Assembly: GCA_002269645.1 (NCBI GenBank)
Contig: NIVC01001007.1
Location: 310,001-374,000 of the forward strand
DNA: 64,000 nt
From: Macrostomum lignano
Taxonomy: Eukaryota
Reading direction: 5' to 3'
Position 1 is the first letter of the stretch; each line of letters begins with the position of its first letter. This document shows, piece by piece, positions 1 through 12,500 of the stretch. The translations under genes were made by a program, and so were the position numbers. The notes beneath the pieces are model-generated. The model was not told where the DNA came from and searched no databases. It saw only the letters and a program-made list of their open reading frames with translations.

Positions 1-1260
1 GAGGTGTGAGGAGAGAAGAAGGGAGAGGAGAGGAGAGAAGAGATGAGATGAGAGGAGCAAAGAGGGGAGAGGAGAAAAGAGGAGAGGGTAGATAAGATAA
101 GAAGGGAAGGGAGATGAGAGAAGAGGGGAAGGGAGATGAGAGAAGAGGGGAAGGGAGATGAGAGAAGAGGGGAAAGGAGATGAGAGAAGAAGGAAAGGGA
201 GATAAGATAAGAAGGGAAGGGAGATGAGAGAAGAGGGGAAGGGAGATGAGAGAAGAGGGGAAGGGAGATGAGAGAAGAGGGGAAGGGAGATGAGAGAAGA
301 AGGAAAGGGAGATAAGATAAGAAGGGAAGGGAGATGAGAGAAGAGGGGAAGGGAGATGAGAGAAGAGGGGAAGGGAGATGAGAGAAGAGGGGAAGGGAGA
401 TGAGAGAAGAGGGGAAAGGAGATGAGAGAAGAAGGAAAGGGAGATAAGATAAGAAGGGAAGGGAGATTAGAGAAGAGGGGAAGGGAGATGAGAGAAGAGG
501 GGAAGGGAGATGAGAGAAGAGGGGAAAGGAGATGAGAGAAGAAGGAAAGGGAGATGAGAGAAGAAGGGAAGGGAGATGAGAGAAGAAGGGAAGGGAGATG
601 AGAGAAGAGGGGAAGGGAGATGAGAGAAGAGGGGAAGGGAGATGACAGAAGAAAGGAAGGGAGATGAGAGAAGAGGTGAAAGGAGATGAGAGAAGAGGGG
701 AAGGGAGATGAGAGAAGAAGGGAAGGGAGATGAGAGAAGAAGGGAAGGGAGATGAGAGAAGAAGGGAAGGGAGATGAGAGAAGAGGGGAAAGGAGATGAG
801 AGAAGAGGGGAAGGGAGATGAGAGAAGAGGGGAAAGGAGATGAGAGAAGAGGGGAAGGGAGATGAGAGAAGAAGGGAAGGGAGATGAGAGAAGAGGGGAA
901 GGGAGATGAGAGAAGAGGGGAAGGGAGATGAGAGAAGAGGGGAAGGGAGATGAGAGAAGAGGGGAAGGGAGATGAGAGAAGAGGGGAAGGGAGATGAGAG
1001 AAGAGGGGAAAGGAGATGAGAGAAGAAGGAAAGGGAGATGAGAGAAGAAGGGAAGGGAGATGAGAGAAGAGGGGAAGGGAGATGAGAGAAGAAGGGAAGG
1101 GAGATGAGAGAAGAAGGGTAGGGAGATGAGAGAAGAGGTGAAGGGAGATGAGAGAAGAAGGGAAGGGAGATGAGAGAAGAGGTGAAGGGAGATGAGAGAA
1201 GAGGGGAAGGGAGATGAGAGAAGAGGGGAGAGGAGTGAAAAGGGGAGGGGAGAGAAAGAA
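1..1260. repeat. Purine-rich 22-bp minisatellite (GGGAAGGGAGATGAGAGAAGAG)n, running off the window start
   Basis: Directly visible periodicity; ORF 467..1282 is its translation. Confidence 0.95.
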
Positions 1261-1279
1261 AGAGAGAAGAAAACACGAA

Positions 1280-1345
1280 CAATCAGCAGGCAATCAGCAA
1301 GTTTCAAAGTAGCCAATGGCCGGATAGAGAGACGTCACGCGTCAA
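1280..1345 (+). promoter_or_regulatory. Possible proximal promoter of the amidase-like gene (CCAAT box AGCCAAT at 1311, CRE-like GACGTCAC at 1331)
   Basis: Motif cluster about 300 bp upstream of ATG 1620, right after the purine array; short motifs can occur by chance. Confidence 0.25.
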
Positions 1346-1619
1346 ATCCGGGCAGTGCAGTCAGGCCTAAAGTTGTCTAAAGAGTTGCTACTCCATGCTC
1401 TGCTTTAAGTCCTCCTTGGGTATGGCTAAAGGGGTAAGGAGAGAGAGAGAGAGAACTGACAGAGTCTGGTTGGGTGGCACTTGTATAGAGTCTCGCTAGC
1501 TAGCTAGGGTGTATTAATACAACTGTTAGGCAGCCGCTGCTACCCAATAGTTTTATTAAGCGTTCATTGCGACTTGGTTTAGCTACAGATTAATATATAT
1601 ATATAATCCCTATTCCTCA

Positions 1620-4600
1620 ATGCAGCCTCCATCGGTGCCATCAGTGCTAGCGGCTGGTGCTTTGGCGGTGCCGCTGGCTTTGGTCTTTTCGCGACTATTC
1701 TTCGAATCTAGCGTTGCTTGGGGCGTGAAACTGTTGCTAACCGGTCTATTGACTGTTTCTATCCTGTTGCTGGGCAAATTTGCCTGGCGTCTGATATCAG
1801 CCTATCGTACCAAGCGCAAGACTAAGAAAGAGCAATTAGAGAAGAAGGCAAGGCTATGGAATAAATTGAATAGTCTGGGCGGACCAGTGGCCAATTCTAA
1901 AACTTTGTGCCTGGAAGAGTACGAGGATTTGAAAAATCGAATGCAAAGTGGAGCTTTGGCGCCTATTGATGTTCTGGAGGCCTTTCAGGTAAGCGATTGG
2001 ATTCTAAAACCTTATGAATCCATACACTGCCCTCATTTAACCCACCTAGTGACATACACTACCCTCATTTGACCCCCACTCCAAGTAGACCTACACTGCC
2101 CTCATTTGACCCCCCCCCCCTAGTGGACCTACACTGCCCTCATTTGAGCCCCCCTAGTGGACCTACACTACCCTCATTTGACCCCCACTCCAAGTGGACC
2201 TACACTGCCCTCATTTAACCCACCTAGTGACATACACTACCCTCATTTGACCCCCACTCCAAGTAGACCTACACTGCCCTCATTTGACCCCCCCCCCCTA
2301 GTGGACCTACACTGCCCTCATTTGAGCCCCCCTAGTGGACCTACACTACCCTCATTTGACCCCCACTCCAAGTGGACCTACACTGCCCTCATTTGCCCCC
2401 CCCCCCAAGTGGACCTACACTGCCCTCATTTGACCCCCCCAAGTGGACCTACACTGCCCTCATTTGACCCCCCCTGGTGACATACGTTGCCTTCATTTGA
2501 CCCCCTAGTGGCATAAATTTCCCTCATTTGATCCCCTAGTGGCATAAATTTCCCTCATTTGACCTCCCTACTAACACAAATTGACCTCATTCCCCCCCCC
2601 TAAGTGGACCTACACTGCCCTCATTTGACCCCCTTATTAGTAATACGCCTGATTCGACCCCCTGTCTGACCCCTCACGCAATTGCTTTCATGACCACCCT
2701 AAACCATCAGGCTCGCACTCTGGTGCTAGATCAGAAAGGCAAAGCGGCCAAGATCAAAGAAGTTGTTTACGATGCCGACGTTCAAGCCCTGATGCTGGAG
2801 GGCGGCCGCGCTAGCGAGGTGCTGCTGCCAGCCGCCGCTTTCTATTACAACGCGGCTCTGATGCCGTTTGAGGACAAAGACGAGGATGGAGATCCTTGTC
2901 AAAAAGATCACCCTGTGGTGGCTGCTCTTCGCTCCGAGGGCGCCATAGATATTGCTCTGGTGGACAAAGACCTCACTCAGGTGAGAGAATTGTATGTTAT
3001 TTGTCTTTTTATGTTCGAAATTTTTCTTTTGCTATTGTGTGGGTTGCCCGTTTTAAAATTAAGATAGTTACTGTTTTCCCTGGGTGTCTGTAAAGGGTTG
3101 CCTGTTCTCATAAAGTGTGTCTGTAAGGGGCTGCCTGTTCTCATATAGTGTGTCTGTAAGGGGCTGCCTGTTCTCATATAGTGTGTCTGTAAGGGGCTGC
3201 CTGTTCTCATATAGTGTGTCTGTAAGGGGCTGCCTGTTCTCATATAGTGTGTCTGTAAGGGGCTGCCTGTTCTCATATAGTGTGTCTGTAAGGGGCTGCC
3301 TGTTCTCATATAGTGTGTCTGTAAGGGGCTGCCTGTTCTCATATAGTGTGTCTGTAAGGGGCTGCCTGTTCTCATATAGTGTGTCTGTAAGGGGCTGCCT
3401 GTTCTCATATAGTGTGTCTGTAAGGGGCTGCCTGTTCTCATATAGTGTGTCTGTAAGGGGCTGCCTGTTCTCATATAGTGTGTCTGTAAGGGGCTGCCTG
3501 TTCTCATAAAGTGTGTCTGTAAGGGGCTGCCTGTTCTCATAAAGTGTGTCTGTAAGGGGCTGCCTGTTCTCATAAAGTGTGTCTGTAAGGGGCTGCCTGT
3601 TCTCATAAAGTGTGTCTGTAAGGGGCTGCCTGTTCTCATAAAGTGTGTCTGTAAGGGGCTGCCTGTTCTCATAAAGTGTGTCTGTAAGGGGCTGCCTGTT
3701 CTCATAAAGTGTGTCTGTAAGGGGCTGCCTGTTCTCATAAAGTGTGTCTGTAAGGGGCTGCCTGTTCTCATAAAGTGTGTCTGTAAGGGGCTGCCTGTTC
3801 TCATAAAGTGTGTCTGTAAGGGGCTGCCTGTTCTCATATAGTGTGTCTGTAAGGGGCTGCCTGTTCTCATAAAGTGTGTCTGTAAGGGGCTGCCTGTTCT
3901 CATAAAGTGTGTCTGTAAGGGGCTGCCTGTTCTCATAAAGTGTGTCTGTAAGGGGCTGCCTGTTTTCATAAAGTGTGTCTGTAAGGGGCTGCCTGTTCTC
4001 ATAAAGTGTGTCTGTAAGGGGCTGCCTGTTCTCATAAAGTGTGTCTGTAAGGGGCTGCCTGTTCTCATAAAGTGTGTCTGTAAGGGGCTGCCTGTGTCTT
4101 TAAATCAGGGACTCCGGGTTGATTTTCTGTTAAGACCCCAAATCCCCAAAAGCAACAACCGCAGCCGCCGCACTCCTAATCCGCGTCTTGCCCCAGGTGA
4201 GCGGCCTTCTCCTCAACCACGGCGCCCTGTTCTTCGCTGGCCAGTATTCGACCTGCAACCTCGGCCAGGTGCTGCGTGCCATCGCCAGTAAGCCGATCTG
4301 CGCCACCCTGCTTCGACGCGACCAACCCGACGGTAAATTCCTAGCCATCCTGGCCAGTCAGTCTCGCCTGCCTTCGCTGGCCGCTGCCGCCGTCACGCCG
4401 GGACTTCGCGATCACCTGCTGACTCCGCCGTCGTCGCCAAGTGGCAGCCAGCCGCCGTCGCCGCGTCGCATCGGCTTCCTGTTTGAGCACCAGCGCCGAT
4501 CGCAAGCCGACGGCCGACTTCCACCTGGCGAGGACAGCGTCGCCCAGCTGTTGTCACCGGCCTCCGGCTCGGCCACTCTGGTTCGCGATGTCGATTTTGC

Positions 4601-4868
4601 TCGACTATTATCGGCATCGAAATCGGCCAATAGTAAGTCGGAAGTTCGAGTCGCAGCTGAGGCTATCCTAGCTGAGAATTCGTTAGATGGAATCGCTTTA
4701 GTTGCTGGGCAAGACTGCCGGCTGGCTGAGCAGTTGGCCGGCTTCATGGATTTGTCTGTGTTCCACCTGACTGAGCAGCTGGCTGAGCTGTACCTGTGCC
4801 ATCCTCACGACAGGCTTCGGTCCGGGCTCACCATTGCTCAGGCATTTGGCTCGGCTATCCGACTGTGA
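1620..4868 (+). CDS. FAAH/amidase-signature-like membrane protein, about 436 aa, probably catalytically inactive; exons 1620-1988, 2711-2980, 4197-4868
   Basis: GT-AG junctions all phase 0. N-terminal hydrophobic segment; LKNRMQSGALAPIDVLEAFQ resembles FAAH LVQKLHSRELAPEAVLFTY; DHPVVAALRSEGA resembles DSVVVHVLKLQGA; PRRIGF resembles PLRVGY (recalled alignment). Confidence 0.65.
2011..2675. repeat. C-rich minisatellite of about 30 bp (GTGGACCTACACTGCCCTCATTTGACCCC), amidase-like intron 1
   Basis: Visible tandem units with variable poly-C runs. Confidence 0.9.
3095..4095. repeat. 33-bp minisatellite (GTGTGTCTGTAAGGGGCTGCCTGTTCTCATA[T/A]A), amidase-like intron 2
   Basis: About 30 near-identical units; the TAG variant block precedes the AAA variant block. 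Confidence 0.97.
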
Positions 4869-4878
4869 ACTTGGGGGG

Positions 4879-4942
4879 CAGAGGTTGGCACACTTTTTAT
4901 TTAAAGGGCCAGATAGAGAATCTAGCGCGCGACTGCGGCCCA
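4879..4942 (+). mobile_element. hAT (Charlie/MER58-like) 5' terminal remnant
   Basis: CAGAGGTTGGCACACTTTTTATTTAAAGGGCCAGATAG...GCGGCCC resembles hAT MITE left ends as recalled; no matching right end found. Confidence 0.4.
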
Positions 4943-4944
4943 GA

Positions 4945-5205
4945 GGAGGGGAGAGATGAAAAGAGAAGGGAGAGGAGAAGAGAAAAGGGAGAGGAGAGAA
5001 GAGATAGGAGAGAGGAGAGGGGACAAGTGACAAAGGAGAGAGGCGAAGGAAGAGGAGAGAAGGGAGAGCAGAGAAAAGAGGGGAGAAGAGCGAAGGGAGA
5101 GGAGAAAAAGGAGAGGTGAGAAGAGAGAGAACAAGTGAGGGATAGGAGAAGAAAGAAAAGAGGAGAAGTGAGAGGACAAGTGAGGGATAGGAGAAGAGAG
5201 AGGGC
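4945..5205. repeat. GA-rich low-complexity tract
   Basis: Almost purely A/G on the + strand. Confidence 0.9.
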
Positions 5206-5261
5206 TCGGGTACCGTTTTCATCGGGTAAAGTCAGGGCCGATTCGCTTATAAACCCCACAT

Positions 5262-6095
5262 CAGAAATCGCGCATAGACTCCACACGAGAAACCGCCCAT
5301 AGACCCCACATCAGAAATCGCCCATAGACACACGAGAAATCACCCAAAGACCCCACAACAAAAATCGCCCATAGACTCCACATCAGAAATCGCCCATAGA
5401 CTCCACATCAGAAATCGCCCATGGACTCCACACCAGAAATCGCCCATAGACTCCACACCAGAAATCGCCCATAGACTCCACACCAGAAATCGCCCATAGA
5501 CTCCACACCAGAAATCGCCCATGGACTCCACACCAGAAATCGCCTATAGACTCCACACTAGAAATCGCCCATGGACTCCACACTAGAAATCGCCCATGGA
5601 CTCCACACCAGAAATCGCCCATGGACTCCACACCAGAAATCGCCCATAGACTCCACACCAGAAATCGCCCATGGACCCCACATCAGAAATCGCCCATAGA
5701 CTCCACACCAGAAATCGCCCATAGACTCCACACCAGAAATCGCCCATGGACCCCACATCAGAAATCGCCCATAGACTCCACATCAGAAATCGCCCATAGA
5801 CTCCACACCAGAAATCGCCCATGGACTCCACACCAGAAATCGCCCATGGACTCCACACCAGAAATCGCCCATAGACTCCACACCAGAAATCGCCCATAGA
5901 CTCCACACCAGAAATCGCCCATAGACTCCACACCAGAAATCGCCCATAGACTCCACACCAGAAATCGCCCATAGACTCCACACCAGAAATCGCCCATAGA
6001 CTCCACACCAGAAATCGCCCATAGACTCCACACCAGAAATCGCCCATAGACTCCACACCAGAAATCGCCCATAGACTTCACACCAGAAATCGCCA
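5262..6095. repeat. 25-bp minisatellite (GAAATCGCCCATAGACTCCACACCA)n
   Basis: About 33 units, downstream of the amidase-like stop codon. Confidence 0.97.
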
Positions 6096-7072
6096 GTGAC
6101 TAAACATTATAAACATAATAAATTAGCATTAACAGTTTTTTTAATTAGAAATTCATAAAGTTTAATCAGACAACCATATTTAAATACCTTTTTAAACTGT
6201 TATGTTTCCTGTAAACGGAATAATGTGATTAAAAGTAGAGAATCAACATCAACTTGCCAAAATGTAAATTTTGACGTGCTTTTTTATTTTAAGTTTTCGA
6301 TCTGATTTAATTTTTCATTCATTTTTTGGATTGCCTGTTTATTACTCCTGCGCTGTGCCTTGAACTGGTGTTCCGCTAACTAGTTTATACTATTTGTAAA
6401 CTAGCTTTATTCCAGTTTTATTTAAATTTTCTATATATTATACGTTTAAGCTAAATTTGTGTATTAACTTATTCTACTTATTGTTCTACTTATGTCAGTA
6501 GTGTGCTACGAGTATTTCTAAACTTTGTTTTCCTTTTTCGTAACTGTTTTCTGCTAATTTTTAAAATACTTTCCATATTTATTCATTCGCTGGTGGTATC
6601 TGTAGTTGGCTATTGCCGATATGTTGTGTAAACAACTTTGTTTAGTTGGCTGCTATTTTGAATTGTATTGTATGCAAATATATATATATATACTTGCATA
6701 TTGCTACTCGTATAATATACGTTTTATTTTAAAACATTTTTTAGTTTAACGAACTTTTGTATACGCTCAAACGTTTATATATTGCTGGCTATTAGTTTTT
6801 TATATGCCTTAAATAAAAGCCATTTAAATGCTCATGCAAGCATATCTTTAACTTCTTATTTTAGTAGAATTTAGCACCAATATTTAACTGTGTGTGTACG
6901 ATTTTCTCTGCTTCAAGTAGATTAATCAGATCATTTTTAATGAATAATAATGAATTAATTGAAGCCACGAATTGCATATTTAGCAGTTTTTTCTTCACGT
7001 ACGCTTATTACCGTCTTTTACATTCCTCTGTTTACTCACTACTGATAATAGTCTTCTATCAGTAGTATTAAG

Positions 7073-7145
7073 GGCCATAACCAAGTGGTCTAGCGCGGCG
7101 CTCTGATGTGCCAGCGGCCCAGGCTCGATTCCAAGTGCAGTCGCA
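7073..7145 (+). mobile_element. tRNA-like sequence (SINE head or tRNA pseudogene)
   Basis: A-box-like TAACCAAGTGG and B-box-like GGCTCGATTCC; CGGCGCTCT...GCGGCCC resembles tRNA-Glu; no intact cloverleaf. Confidence 0.5.
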
Positions 7146-7163
7146 TTAATTTTGGGACTAAAT

Positions 7164-7676
7164 GTAGACAAATACAGACCCTAACTGACAGACAAATACA
7201 GGCCCTAACTGACAGACAAATACAGGCCCTAACTGACAGACAAATACAGGCCCTAACTGACAGACAAATACAGACCCTAACTGACAGACAAATACAGACC
7301 CTAACTGACAGTCAAATACAGGCCCTAACTGACAGACAAATACAGGCCCTAACTGACAGACAAATACAGACCCTAACTGACAGTCAAATACAGACCCTAA
7401 CTGACAGTCAAATACAGGCCCTAACTGACAGACAAATACAGGCCCTAACTGACAGACAAATACAGGCCCTAACTGACAGTCAAATACAGACCCTAACTGA
7501 CAGTCAAATACAGGCCCTAACTGACAGACAAATACAGTCCCTAACTGAAAGACAAATACAGACCCTAACTGACAGTCAAATACAGACCCTAACTGACAGT
7601 CAAATACAGGCCCTAACTGACAGACAAATACAGACCCTAACTGACAGGTAAATACAGACCCTAACTGACAGGTAAA
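7164..7676. repeat. 24-bp minisatellite (ACAAATACAG[A/G]CCCTAACTGACAG)n
   Basis: About 21 units immediately upstream of the LSM11 reading frame. Confidence 0.96.
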
Positions 7677-8432
7677 CAAAGGCGCAATTTTGCTTTCCTG
7701 GAAACGCCAGAAGCGGCCGAAGCGGCCAGAAAATACCCCAGCCTGGTGCTGAACATCAGGTCGGATATTGCATCAGGCGCCCCATCAAAAGATGCAGCAC
7801 CGGCTTCTAAGAACAATTTGGCAGCCTCCTCTGCTTCGGAGCAGCAACAGAAAAGGTGCCTACAGTTTGAAGCTGAGCAAAAATTGCAATTGGAGAAGCA
7901 GCTTGAACGGCAGCGCCGAAAGCAGCAACGCAGCATGCGTCAGCATCTTGCATGGCAACTAGACCATCGATTTAGTTCGCCTAACTGCGGCCCGTTGCAC
8001 TTTCTCTGGCGCTGCGCCAATGTCTCACTTGAAGGTGAAAACCAGCCGCCCAGAGTAGCGGTGTACACCAGAGCTATGAACCAGATCGATGCCATCATAC
8101 GGGGCAGGCTGGTGTCATTCGATAGGCATGTAAATCTTGTACTGACAGACGCTGTGGAGACTCGCCTAGTTAACCTGGACACCGGCTGCGTCAGAGAGCT
8201 GCAACGCAAGCAGAGGCGCAACGCTAAACGAGCCGTCGCTAGATCGGCTAGAGAAGTTGTCAGGAAAAAGAAAATCGCCGATTTCGTAGAACCCAATGAT
8301 CATTGCGAAGCGGTTGGAGATGACGGTAGTGGCGGCGCTAGTTCGAGTCGGTGTCGGGCTCAGGTTGAGCACTCTACCTTGGGTCAGGTTCTGCTGAGAG
8401 GATCTTGCGTTGTCTTGGTGCGATTGGCCTGA
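7672..8432 (+). CDS. LSM11: U7 snRNA-associated Sm-like protein LSM11; 5' end unresolved
   Basis: Sm1 (GPLHFLWRC...RVAVYTR...GRLVSFDRHVNLVLTDAVET) and Sm2 (GQVLLRGSCVVLV) are separated by a long insert, the LSM11 hallmark. The frame is open from 7665 but the first ATG is at about 7934. Confidence 0.8.
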
Positions 8433-8477
8433 AGCTTGTTTGTCATTGCAATGAATTATGAGGGTATAAGAGCGGAA

Positions 8478-8888
<411 letters not shown>

Positions 8889-9322
8889 CGGCTGGATTAA
8901 CAGACTCTAATCGGATGTTATTTAACGATAATTACATGATAGTCCGAAAAAATCATGGTTAACTATATTTCCAATACGATAAAGTATTTAGAATGCATTT
9001 GCTGTATGCTTTTATACAGTATAATAGCAAGAGGACAGTTTTCTCAACCTTTGCAGTGAGGCATTTAAGAACTCATTTTAATAATTGCTTCCTATACTCG
9101 TAGCTAGGGTTCGCATGCTTTTCTAACTACTTATACCTTTTTAAACTAAGAGAAAACATTTTCGGTGCTACGATTTTCTATTTGTTCTCCTAGTACGTGA
9201 ATAATAAAACGATTTTTCTGAAATTTATTTTTTCTGCCGCGAATCCGGCCCTGGGTGTTCAGCGGCCCTGGCTTTCTAATCAGAACTAATTAATGCATAC
9301 TTTGTTCAAACTATAGAACTAT

Positions 9323-9545
9323 GGGTTGTAGCCTAGTGTTTAGAGCGTCGGACTCGCGGTTGAAAGGTCGGGGGTTCGATTCTTGGCCCATTCGGTACAA
9401 TTTGTGCCCTTGAGCAAGACGCTCAACTCTGCATTGCTTCAGTTCACCCCAGCTGTAAAATGGATGCCAGCATTAGCTGGGGTACCTGAGGCTGTGTGGC
9501 GCCCTCCACCCCCCAGTCCTTGGACTGAACAGCCGCCAGCACTTT
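9323..9545 (+). mobile_element. tRNA-derived SINE with CORE-like central domain
   Basis: A box TAGCCTAGTG, B box GGTTCGATTC (9373), then TGTGCCCTTGAGCAAGACGCTCAAC...CAGCTGTAAAATGG, similar to the CORE/MIR-type consensus. Confidence 0.7.
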
Positions 9546-9588
9546 TGACATAATGTGATAGCAATTAAAACTCAAATTTGCAGCCACA

Positions 9589-12500
9589 ATGACGTCACTA
9601 GCCAGCGTTGGTTCACGCAGAACAGCTCAAGCCTACTCAGCCGCTATGCTGTTAAGCGCTTGCGGCGACGCCATGGGCTACAAGAATGGCGAATGGGAGT
9701 TCTGCTTCGATGGGTCCAGATTGCACGCCGCGGTTGAAAGAATGGGTGGATTGAATAACTTAAACATTACTCTGCCACATTTTCGAGTTAGCGACGATAC
9801 GGTTATGCATATGGCCACGGCTAAGGGTGAGAATGTGGCCTTGTAGACCGCTTTACCGGAGAGATACTTTCAGTATACTCTACTGAAGTAGGAGACAGAA
9901 AGTTAGTTAGTTAGTTAATTAGTCAGTTAGTCAGTTAGTTAATTAGTCAGTCAGTCAGTCGGTTAGTTAGTTAGTTAGTCAGTTAGTTTGTTTGTTTGTT
10001 TGTTTGTTTGTTTGTTTGTTAGTCAGTTATTCAGTTAGTCAGTTAGTTAGTCAGTCCGTTAGTTAATTAGTTAATTAGTTAGTTATTTAGTTAATTAGTC
10101 AGTCCGTTAGTTTCTTAGTCAGTTATTCAGTTAGTCTGTTAGTTAGTTAATTAGTTTGTTAGTTAGTTAGTTAGTCAGTCCGTTAGTTAGTTAGTTAGTT
10201 AGTTAATTAGTCTGTTAGTCTGTCGGTTAGTTAGTTAGTTATTTTGTTTGTTTGTTTGTTTGTTTGTTAGTCAGTTATTCAGTTAGTCAGTCAGTCCGTT
10301 AGTTAATTAGTTAATTAGTTAGTTATTTAGTTAGTTAGTCAGTTCGTTAGTTTGTTAGTCAGTTATTCAGTTAGTCTGTTAGTTAATTAGTTTGTTATTT
10401 AGTTAGTTGGTCAGTCCGTTAGTTAGTTAGTCAGTTAGTTAGTTAGTTTTTTATCGGCAGTTTTTATTTTCCTAATATTCATATTTAATGCCAGCTTTAA
10501 TTGCCAAGACAACCGCCCCGGACGAGGAGCAGCTGTACCTGCAGCTGGCTAAGGAGTACTGCGACTGCATGAACTATATGGCTGGTCGGAGCCCAGGTGA
10601 GTTAGTTTTTGTATTAATTTCGCAATTTTTTAAATTACAAGTATTGTGGCTTTTACTTACAGCTTTTAAATGTTTCTAAGAATTATAGCTTCCACCCATT
10701 TCTTAGAAACGTAGCTTTTGCCTATTACTAGGAATCATATTTAATCCGGTTTCATATTTCACTATTTCTAAGAATCATATTTCTACTTTTTCTAAGAACT
10801 ATTTTTTCCCATTTCTAAGAATCATATTTCACCATTTCCAAGAATCATATTTCACCATTTCCAAGAATCATATTTCACCATTTCCAAAAATCATATTTCA
10901 CCATTTCCAAGACTCATATTTCACAATTTCCAAGAATCATATTTCACCATTTCCAAGAATCATATTTCACCATTTCCAAGAATCATATTTCACTATTTCC
11001 AAGAATCATATTTCACCATTTTCAAGAATCATATTTCACCATTTCCAAGACTCATATTTCACAATTTCCAAGAATCATATTTCACCATTTCCAAGAATCA
11101 TATTTCACCAGTTCCAAGAATCATATTTCACCATTTCCAAAAATCATATTTCACCATTTCCAAGACTCATATTTCACCATTTCCAAGAATCATATTTCAC
11201 CATTTCCAAGAATCATATTTCACCATTTCCAAGAATCATATTTCACCATTTTCAAGAATCATATTTCACCATTTCCAAGAATCATATTTCACCATTTTCA
11301 AGAATCATATTTCACCATTTCCAAGAATCATATTTCACAATTTCCAAGAATCATATTTCACAATTTCCAAGACTCATATTTCACAATTTCCAAGAATCAT
11401 ATTTCACCATTTCCAAGAATCATATTTCACCATTTCCAAGAATCATATTTCACCATCTCCAAGAATCATATTTCACCATTTCCAAGAATCATATTTCACC
11501 ATTTCCAAGAATCATATTTCACCATTTCCAAGAATCAAATTTCACCATTTCCAAGAATCATATTTCACCATTTCGAAGACTCATATTTCACCATTTCCAA
11601 GAATCATATTTCACCATTTCCAAGAATCATATTTCACCATCTCCAAGAATCATATTTCACCATTTCCAAGAATCATATTTCACCATTTCCAAGAATCATA
11701 TTTCACCATTTCCAAGAATCATATTTCACCATTTCCAAGAATCATATTTCACCATTTCCAAGAATCATATTTCACTATTTCCAAGAATCATATTTCACCA
11801 TTTTCAAGAATCATATTTCACCATTTCCAAGACTCATATTTCACAATTTCCAAGAATCATATTTCACCATTTCCAAGAATCATATTTCACCATTTCCAAG
11901 AATCATATTTCACTATTTCCAAGAATCATATTTCACCATTTCCAAGACTCATATTTCACAATTTCCAAGAATCATATTTCACCATTTCCAAGAATCATAT
12001 TTCACCATTTCCAAGAATCATATTTCACCATTTCCAAAAATCATATTTCACCATTTCCAAGACTCATATTTCACCATTTCCAAGAATCATATTTCACCAT
12101 TTCCAAGAATCAAATTTCACCATTTCCAAGAATCATATTTCACCATTTCGAAGACTCATATTTCACCATTTCCAAGAATCATATTTCACCATTTCCAAGA
12201 ATCATATTTCACCATTTCCAAGAATCATATTTCACAATTTCCAAGAATCATATTTCACAATTTCCAAGACTCATATTTCACAATTTCCAAGAATCATATT
12301 TCACCATTTCCAAGAATCATATTTCACCAGTTCCAAGAATCATATTTCACCATTTCCAAAAATCATATTTCACCATTTCCAAGACTCATATTTCACCATT
12401 TCCAAGAATCATATTTCACCATTTCCAAGAATCATATTTCACCATTTCCAAGAATCATATTTCACCATTTTCAAGAATCATATTTCACCATTTCCAAGAA

